DNA from: Macrostomum lignano
Taxonomy: Eukaryota
NCBI GenBank assembly: GCA_002269645.1
Contig: NIVC01002061.1
Location: 77,838-141,837 of the forward strand
Reading direction: 5' to 3'
Length of the DNA: 64,000 bases
Below are positions 11,066 through 20,800 of this stretch, piece after piece. A program made the position numbers and the translations under genes. Below the pieces are notes generated by a model that saw only the letters and a list, made by a program, of their open reading frames with translations, ran no database searches and was not told where the DNA came from. Position 1 is the first letter of the stretch, and each line of letters starts with the position of its first letter.

Positions 11066-14000
11066 CCCGGTGTAAAATTCGACGTCGATTCTCTGTCGAA
11101 TCTAGGGAGAACATCGAATTTTCAGAGAGGGAACAAACGTTGGTCGAAACATGGTCGAAAAATGGCCGAACATTCTGTCAACTAATTTTTGCTTAGATAT
11201 TCGTCATTCTCTACTATTCTATATACCTAAGTAGTCAGCAAAGAATTTTTTAAAGTCATGGGGTAAAACCGAAAATTTGCAAGTAAATACTAACTGTTTT
11301 GAAATTCTAAAGCTCATACAGTTACAACCGTCACATTTTTGCGCAGCAAGCGCAGTAATAAACGAATAGGCCGGTACAGTTCTCTATTGGTCTGTTCTGA
11401 TCTTTATCGATGCTGACTGCTGCATGCAAAGTACAATCTTGCAGGAAATTCAATGCAACTGCATTACCCTATTCTGCTAGATATTCTGCTAGAAGTGTGT
11501 TAATTAAAGCCAATAAATATTTCTGGCACAATTAACCTTGTCTTATAGCCGCTTTACCTCGCCGTCCAACAAGCTATCCTAGAGTAATTATTATATAAGG
11601 CTGCTCGTTTAAGCACAGACCAAAAAAGTAACCCTAGGACCAGAACCTATCTTTCAGAATTACTCTCCATGAGCACACGTGACGGATTTTCTGGCGCCCC
11701 ATCCCATAGTCTATGTGGTGGGCGGCGTGGGCCGCACCTCCTCATATCAGCGCGAATTCGAATGCTGTGTGTGCGTCAGAATGGCAGAAATAAAGTAAAC
11801 AAAGGGAATTTTTCTGAATGGATCAGAGTTGGGTGAATAGAAATGGTAGCTAGGTGGCGGCCGGGCACAGCTATCGCAAACAATATTTATCCCAGACCAA
11901 AAAGTATCTATAGTATAGCTGCAGGCGGAGAGACTTTCCATTGTCATTTTGACAGATTCCAAGCCCTGGGTACGCAGTCCAGTTCAGTTTTTATTCAAGA
12001 TTTAGTTATATAGAAGATTTATGGCCGGAAAAATTCACGCCTGGAGCTGTGCGGGCAGTGGGTGGGCTCTTCTATCCAAGGTTTTTCTCAGTTAAATAGA
12101 AGGGGTGGCTAAAACAAAGTTTAATCAGAATCACACAAAGAGAGAATGAAAACAAAACAGGCAAAAGGCAAGGCAAGAAGGCAAAAGCAGTCCCCCCTAC
12201 GCAAATGCTAGCTTCATGGGAGTCTAAGATTCTTTAGCATTTAAAGTCTGAACGATCGATAAGCTCAAATTTATTCTCCATGAAAATGGTTTACTTGCTC
12301 TGTGTGCGGTTTTGTGCTCTACTAATCTAATTTTTTTCGTTTTCACTATCACTTGCTGACTGTTACTCGTAGTCGTATAAGTAATTGAGCAAATCTTTCA
12401 AACTTTGCCCTTTAATGTTGGTCAGAGGGTGAGAAATTGAGTATGAGCATTGAGGATTCCATATAAACTGTAGAAATATAAACCAATCTGGGGATATTTT
12501 ATTGCTAAACTCCGTCTTTCGAGTTTAATAGCTCTTTCGAGCTCTTTCGAGCTCTTTCGAGCTTACACTCTTTCGAGCTCGCTGGGACGGTTCACTGTTG
12601 CAAACTCGCTGTTTGAAAGCAGATAGGGTCTGGGGTCTGGGCAGTCATGTAGTCCACGATTAACTAGCTACACTTTACTGGGAGCACGGGAGCATGCTCC
12701 AACCTCCAACCCCTTGCGGACTACCCAAGTTAGAGCGTGCTCCAAGCTAGCTAGCTATCTGAGCCTAGGTGGGTCTGGGACCAAGATCATTATCTACATT
12801 TCAATGGAGCTGGCCAATTTTAGCAGAGGTTTTTTCCAATGCAGATCCAGAGGCGGAAGTTTTTAGCCTAGACATCCAAGTGGAGCGCCAAAATACACAG
12901 AATAACGAGGTCAAGACACTGAGACAGGGACTGTTTACTGTGATAAGAATATCTCTCTCTCATAGATCATATCGAAGTCAGAGCCTGGACGAAAAGCTTT
13001 GAATATGGGCGCCCGCAAGCGTTTTTTTCTCCACGAGGGGCTCCTCTTCATCCAATCAAATGAGTGACTGACATGCAACTGGCGATTTCGAGGGGAGGGG
13101 AACAGAGGAACAGGGGGAACAGCTGCTGGAGGGGGAGGGGATAACCCGAGTGGAGTTCTGTGAGTGAGAGCACAAAGCACGGAAGGCTTCCTCACAGCCA
13201 ACCGGTGCGCTGCATATTCTATTGCGCTCCCCGATCCCAAATAATTTTACCTAAAAGCGTCTTTGAAATATATATTTTTTACATCACGAACCCACATTGC
13301 TGCCGAGTTGTGCTTCCAATTCCTTTTAGCGAGTTTTGCAAGCTTGTAATCTTTAGAATTAGCTAGCTTGGACATGAACCCCGTAGTTTTAAGCGTCAAC
13401 TACCGTGTGGTCGATGGCGAGGCCAGACCGTATGACCGTGGTCATACAAGTAGGGAATACAAAGGAGGACTTAAAGCCGGCTAAGCTTTATGCCTGCAGA
13501 GAGCTGGCGTGCGCAGGTCTGCTGAAAGAAACGACAGAGTGAAGCAGCGCCGGAACTCATATCGCCCAGATGAAGTAAGTGTTTCATTTAATCGGCTTTG
13601 TCTTTGTGCAAGCTATGTTTTAGACATGCTAAAATTTATCGAAACTATATTTGAAATTTCAGCAAATATCGGCTGACTATCAGATTCAGACTGATGGATG
13701 GCGACATCAATTGTGATGCTGATTGTGTCTTCACAGGATGTTCTCAAAGAACGAACTGTTCCCTGAGGTATTCAAACAGCAGAAATGCTGAGTCTACATC
13801 AGCATAAAGCACAGAGACTGCATTCAAACCGAACCTTTTGTCAGCAGTATACGATGCCACTGTTAATCTGCAAAAGTCAGGAGCTCAGCAAGAACTCATC
13901 AGTAAGTTTCTAAATCCTGCTCTAGTCGGTCAGCACCACTTGTAGCACCACCTTACAATTTTTAAGGTGGCAAATATATCTTATATAGATTAATATTACG

Positions 14001-15353
14001 AGTACTTTATCTGATACGTTATAGTTTAGCCCACTTTCGACCATTGTGCGTGCTAAGAAAATCGCTTTAAGTATAATAAAGTGCTGAAATTAACGTATAT
14101 TGTACATTGTAGTTAGGCAACAGTCAAGCAAATTCATTGCGTGCATTCATAAATTCATCCCACTTGCCACAGGAGCGCTGAACGTGCAGGCCAGGATGCT
14201 GGCGTCAGTAATTTCCAGAAGCAATGAGTGGTGAGTTGATTTCGCTTGATGCCCTGCAGTTTTTTCTTGCAAAAACTTCTTGATCAGTTTAATGCTCTAA
14301 ATAAGATCATCGTTAACCACACATACTTCTACTTCCCACAGATACGAGAGCTCTGCATGCTGGAAGGGAAAGACTCCATCTCCAGTTTGACTTCAACCGC
14401 ACTGGAAATAACGGCAAGATAAGCTTCAGTGGCTTCGAGGCCGTAGTGAAAGGTGCGTTGCTGATATGAAATGACAATGAGTATAGATTACTTAGGTCTG
14501 AGATCATAACTTTATCTAGTTTAACGACTTAACGAACGCTACTATTGGTAGTAGGCTATAGAGACCTCGTGTTGCTAAATGAATTTCAATTTCATTTCAG
14601 AGGCAATCTCGAAAGGCCAAGTACAATTCTGCACGCCACGAAGGTGGAGGAGCGCATTTTTAACTTCCTCTCGGATGCCCCCCGTACGATCTGGCCTGCG
14701 CACTCCCCAGCAAAAGAGCTCCAGTGGTGGTCCTGCCGCCAGCGCAGAGTGACTGAGCGCTGCGAGGCGTGGCTTCTGTCTGTCTGCCTGCCTTTGCTAA
14801 AAGTAACCCGATCGCTGACTATTAAATTTTAGCAAATAATTGTAATGTAGTCTAATTAGCATAGTTTAATAGGAGCGTCTATAAGGAATATATTGTCATT
14901 CTCATCTCGAGTATAGTGCTTCATAAATTTGTGTTTTTCTGCTCAAAAATATCTTTCGTAACATGCAAACTTTCAGCACTGTCCGAAACCTTATTAGTCT
15001 TGTTATTATGCAATTTTTATGAAATTTAGAAGCTCTGATTTTTTAATACTGAAATTTCGCAACATAACAAGTTCTATGTAACTTTAAACTGTTTGATGAT
15101 CTAAATAGACAGAAATATACGTATCACAGCGATGGATACAATACAATTAAGTAATAATTAACTCATAAAAAAGCAGACGATTTTCTTTTTCTTTAGAACG
15201 ACTTTTATATATACTTGTAACACTACTAAAAGTAGCTGTGATAGCAGTAGTCGAATATTCGTCGAAATTTCGATGATCGAATTTCCAAAATTTCTGAGTG
15301 CACATTCGACATCGAATCGACACAGAATGTTCTGGGTCGAATTTTTCACCGGG
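11066..15353. mobile_element. Probable non-autonomous CMC/EnSpm-type DNA transposon (4.3 kb)
   Basis: Inverted termini ATACCCGGTGTAAAATTCGAC (11063-11083) / GTCGAATTTTTCACCGGGTAT (15336-15356), 20/21 match, CCC start flanked by TA; both ends carry dense TCGA-containing subterminal repeats; interior has splice-signal-bounded exon-like segments. Confidence 0.6.
14342..14700 (+). pseudogene. Spliced remnant resembling a DUF4806-type transposon accessory ORF
   Basis: Exon 14342-14452 (TTCCCACAG| ... |GTGCGT, 111 nt) reads QFDFNRTGNNGKISFSGFEAVVK; next exon from 14601 (TTCATTTCAG|) gives ATKVEERIFNFLSDAPR after a 1-nt shift; pattern recalls FN..G..GK..F and E..I..WL..A..R. Confidence 0.35.
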
Positions 15354-17274
15354 TATATGCACATTATAGGCTCGTTTTTATGATAAAATTTATGTATTTT
15401 ACTTTTCTACTAATCCAGAATGACAGATACTGGTAGGCAGCAGTAAACTTAAAAAATATACGGTGAAAAGGCTAAGGGGGTTCCGGTGTGACCTAGGGTT
15501 GACTTATTTGTGAATGTCATAGTTTTTACTGTCAGTAGACTAATACGTAAATATATTCTATATTGTATAACTTCTGTGTATATTTTAGCATCGGCTTTTA
15601 TATATCGGCAAGTGATAAATTTCTAGTAGTCAATCAATAATATTGCTTAGCGCCCACGTAACCTTCAACAAATCATAATTCGTTGCTAACATCCATAACG
15701 TTTTGATCCATTATTTATAACTTGTTTTTTCGTCCCTAGAATACTAAAAAATTTGGCCAACTCAGCATTAGCAAATTGTGCTTAAAGCTAAATATTGTAT
15801 ATCGCTTTCTTGGACTACATACATGCTGTTCTGTTCGTTCTTGAGTGTCGCCCGTCTGCTACTCTGCGCTAGATTTAACTCGTCACACTGAAAACAATAA
15901 ACAAAAAAATTTTCAAGTGTCCTACTTTAATTGTACCTTACTACCTAAAAATTCCAAAGTACAGAGACAAACACACATTTAATTACATGTAGTACTTTTG
16001 CGCTACATTCTCGAATAAATTAGAGAATAAGCTAATAGGTTTTTTTATTTTTGAAACAAAAAACTGTCGTACCAAATTAAATTACTTTGATTGGAAAATG
16101 ATAGCAAAAGTTTCAGTTGGCTCTATAATATTTGTAGAAACAAAGTCACACTAAAAATTGTAACAGAAAAGACTGATTAAAAACTTTGGTACACATCAAA
16201 CCTCCAAAACTCTAGAATATTTTTTATTTCAAAGTTAATTTTAAAATATTTAGTTATAACGTTAACTATAACGTAAGACAAGTTTTGTCGGTTCGATAAA
16301 CGTGGTTATAGGAAAAAGTGATATAATAAAGCTAATATAGCTAGCTCAGATTTTCCATACAGAAAAGCGGAATTAAACGTCAATATATCGCAATGGAAAT
16401 CTAGATAATTTGCCAACATCATATTACATAATTCATAATTGAACTTAATTCAGATGAAAAGATCAGCTGAGAATTAGAAAAAATGATGACATTATCCCCT
16501 CTCTAAACATTACGTATAGATCCCGAAATTGATTTCATTTAGTCTATTATTAACAATTCTCTTTAAACCAGCAATTCTCGAATCATTCAAATAGAATCAA
16601 AAGGCACCATCGTAGGAAACAAATTTGATTATTTTTCGCTTAGTCAAATGATTTTTTCGGACTGAACTAATCTAACACTGAACGAACCAGGAAAAAACGA
16701 GACTGGAATAAAAATATCGGAAACAGAGCTTCAAAGTTAGGGTAAAATTTTGAGTTAAAAATCGAAACGAGGCCGTCTGATACTGTATGTGAGCACCATT
16801 AATATGTACGTTATAATGGTCAGGAAGACATTATTAAGTTTAAAATTGTCGGAATCAAATAGAATTTAGTCGGTTAAGCTTGGCAAACACAGTTTTATAA
16901 AAATCATTTATGTTTAATGGAAACATAAAAAGTAGCTAAATATTAATAGACTACACATGTTTAAAACCAGTCAATTATCACTCAAGGGCAGTTTTTTCCA
17001 AAGTTTGGTTTAGTGATTGCGAAATGTAGATTTTGTAAAAACTGCACCCCACGTATACACTCTCAAACCTCAATTTATAGAATCTGCCATGATGCATGCT
17101 CTACTTTTGTTTTGCTGTTTAAAAATGTAACTTTTTGAATCTCAGAATAGCTAGTCTTAGCAACATCAGTTTGAGCATTCCTTCACAGCTTACATGTGGA
17201 GTCTGGCAGAAAATTATGAATACGTGGTTTGTTTTCCTTCATTCACATAGCTTAAATGATCTTTTAAAAAACTT

Positions 17275-17633
17275 TTATTTATTTTTTATTAGAGGCAGGG
17301 GGTTGTGTGCACCCTGGCGCACTTTAAGCGACAGGCACACAACCGGCGAGAGGCATTACTGCCGATCCGCCGACTCCCCTGAGCAGGCATACAAGCGCGC
17401 GGATACGTACGCAGGCACACACTCACACAGGAGTGTACAGCGGCCCTAACTTTATTTTATCGTCAGGCATGTACACTTCACTGCGCCTTGGAGGGTTGGT
17501 TCTCAAGGCCGTTAATTGCACGAGCAGAGCAAACCGAGATTCCATCAGCCAAAAATTAATGTGACTGCACTTGGAATCGAGCCTGGGTCGCTGGCACACC
17601 AGAGCAGCTGCGCTACCGCTGGCTACGGCCCCC
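17275..17633 (-). mobile_element. tRNA-derived SINE, family 1, most complete copy
   Basis: Minus strand starts GGGGCCGTAGCCAGCGGTAGC (A box) ... GGCTCGATTCC (B box), body shared with four other copies, A-rich tail immediately 3'; lies just downstream of GVIN-A. Confidence 0.88.
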
Positions 17634-17800
17634 TTTTGAAAAACTTTAGATTCATGTAAAAGTTTTACTGTTCAGCATGCACAAAAAATCAAACACACAA
17701 ACACACATGCACACAGATAATTAACCAGCTTTAACTCCAATCGATAAGTGTGCATTTAAAAGAGTGCATGTTTTCAGGTTCAACTCAAGTAACGAGCGAC

Positions 17801-20800
17801 TCAATCCAGCAAAAAGCGCAGACTGTCGATTGCCTCCTTCCTGGAAACCAGTTCCCAGGTCGGAGGCAACTTTTTGATTCCTTTTCGATACTTAGCCTGC
17901 AGCTTGTCCTTAAATGTCCATGAGAACCAGTGCCAGAACTTTGCCGAATCGTTTCCTGCGTCGGGATCAATCTCCCACTCTGGAAAGTACTTTTTGTACT
18001 CTTTGTAAGGGTGATAGACTTCTTGTTTGCTGTCGGCACGACAGTTTGACGTCTGCTTACCCCTTCGCTTGCAAAAACCACATGAAAATCTGCCATCACT
18101 ACTAATTTCAAATTCACAATTATTGAATGCTAGCTGATCAATTCTAATATAATAAACACCATCCACTCCAGGTGGTCTGTGCTGAATGCAGCAATGCGGG
18201 CTGCCGTCTTTTTCGTGGTGATTTTCCTGAGACTTGCAGCACGGCTCGCTACAGAAAGGGCAGCGTTCTTTGCAGCCCCAAAGGCTCTGAAGCACATCGG
18301 AGTAGAGAGTGGAGTCTCCGTGCCATCTGACTGTTGACTCGTTCATACTAGCGAAGTGCTTTATTAGTGTGGATTTGAGGTCGCCCAGGCCGCCTAAAAG
18401 ATGTTTCAGCATGTCTTCCACTTTTACATTAGATTCGTAAGTGCAAACATGATATAAGTTTTTAGGAAGCACGGCGAGCTCTTTTTCGGCTTCTTTACAG
18501 AATTCATCGATCCAAACTTTCAGTGAGGTGCACCGAGTTGCCGCCACTCTTGCCGCTTCTTCAGTCACCGCAATTGTCGGCGCAATGAGCGATGACTCGA
18601 GATGGCCTGAAAATACACTGTTGCCATCCGATGTTCTCTGAAACAGCTGACGGTTAATGAACTGCGTCAGCCATTTCAGAGCAGTAGTATGGGAATCTCT
18701 CACGTATTCAAGGATCGATTCTGCGTCACGTCTCTGTGCCATGTCCGTTAGCATGCGAACAATGAGCTGGTACTTTGTCCTGCCGATCTCGTTCCGCATT
18801 ACTCCTCTCAATTTACCTGCCATTCTTTCCTGGAAAGCCTGTTTCATCACCGAGTACAGATGGTCACGAATAAAATCAGCCACCATCTTGGCTTCGGCCT
18901 GTCGGCGGACAATGTTTTCAAATAAGTTCAACATCTTTGTCTTCGTATCGGCCAGCTTTGTTTTGATGCTGTTGGCTTCGTAAAAATTCCGCGTAATCTG
19001 CTCAAATGTTGGGTATGCAGTGCGTAGGGCGAGGACCACTACCTTGATTTCGAATGCACGCGTTGTGCGGATATGATTGCTCGATAGTCTGAGAGAGGAG
19101 TTTACTGCATCACACACGTATTTTTGTATTCGATTAACGTGAACCTTAGAAACTCCTGTCAAGCCCCCCCTCATATCCTCGCAAAGACTTTGGACGGCCT
19201 TGAGAATGTCAGATACAAAGTCTACCACTAGCTTGCGTTCTTCTTTTTCTGGCTTACTGGAAACATAACTTTTTAATTGTTTGATTTTCAAACGTTCTGG
19301 TATGATGAGCTGAACAGTGTCTCCTTTAGGAAACAGTATTTCAGGTAAGCTATCACTTCGACCCGCTGATTGTCTCTTTAATGGCGTTTGCTCCAAAAAT
19401 ATGCCCACATATTTTTTTTCATTATAATAGATCTCTCGCAGTTGATCTACCACTTGACTTTCGATACTTCCGAAGTCGACTGTTCTCTCAGGTGGCAGCT
19501 GCTGCGCGAACTCCTGCCACAGAGCTTCGAATTCCTGCAGAATTTTTTCTGTTGAGCTGCTCTTTAGCGTGGGTGCAAGTTCGGTGGCCCGTCTTATGAT
19601 CTTAGACTCCCACTCCTCCGTCCGTGAACCTTGTTGAAGCTCAACTTTTTGCCCATCGCACAAGATTTGGAGTTTCTGCCGAAGTGACTGCTCAAGACTT
19701 TTGATGCAATCCCTTAAGGACACTAACTTTCGCTCCTTCCATTGTATTGTGTACTCACCGTACTGGTTTTCATAAAAAAATACGTTTAAGGACTTCAGAC
19801 CTTGCTGCTGCCAAGTTTCAAGCATAGCACGAAGCTCACTTATAGCCCTTTGCTGCACATCCGCGACAGCACTGACCGTTTCGCATTTCCTAACGGGAAT
19901 CGCTGCCGATTTATAAAGCCAGTCTTCGCTCAACTCTTCAATGTAATTTGTCACTTCGAGAAATTTGTTCTCCAGCATGTTGTAAGCCTTGAGTTCGACA
20001 CTGCTTTTAAAGCTGAACACAAAGTCCTCAGAAAGTATTGCCTTCCACAAATCATTTACTCGCTGAGAAAAGTCGCTGAATCCTAGATAGCTTTTCTGTT
20101 CTTTATCAAGAATATGCAAAAGGTGCTGCTTAATCTCCTGAACACCCATCGAGTAACCCGGATTCACTGGAGCCATGGGAGGGTCGCCTTGTAACAGATC
20201 TGACATAAAGAAAATATCCGTGTCTCTGTTGAACTGCAGAATGTCTCCGAAACGCTTCACGTCATGGAGACCTTCTCCTTCTGCAGCTTCCTTCGTCATG
20301 TGGTCGAGTTTCTGTTGTATCTTGAATGTCGCTTCCTGCATCATCTCTTTTGCTCCAGCCGCTGCTACATTCTGGTGTATGAAGATGCAGTGTCTGTGCA
20401 GATCTCGATCTTTGTTTGCCATCTTCATCCTGATGAAGGCGTGAATCGCGATCTGCAGAATCTCATTCATCTCCGCAGCGTTCTCTCCTTTGATGTTGAT
20501 GATGGTCACGTCGCCCAGTCCGATGACCAGTGTAGCCAGCTCGTTGTCATGATGATGCTTGTCCAGACCCAGCTCCGGAGCTCTCAGACCCTCGGTGTCG
20601 AGCACAGCGACATAGTCGAAAGGCATTCCCGACTCCACAGGAACTAGCTGCAGAAATGCGCCTCGAGTGCAGCGACCTGCGCTCACTGCGAACTTCAGTC
20701 CGAACATGGTGTTGAGCAGAGTGGACTTGCCTGAGCTCTGCAGACCGAGCACAGAGATCACGTAGATCTTCTTGTCACCGACCAGCTCCTGGCAGGTCTT

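Noticed and set aside
17560-17633. Possible tRNA gene (A and B boxes)
   Set aside because: No complete cloverleaf or anticodon arm; it is the head of a multi-copy SINE.
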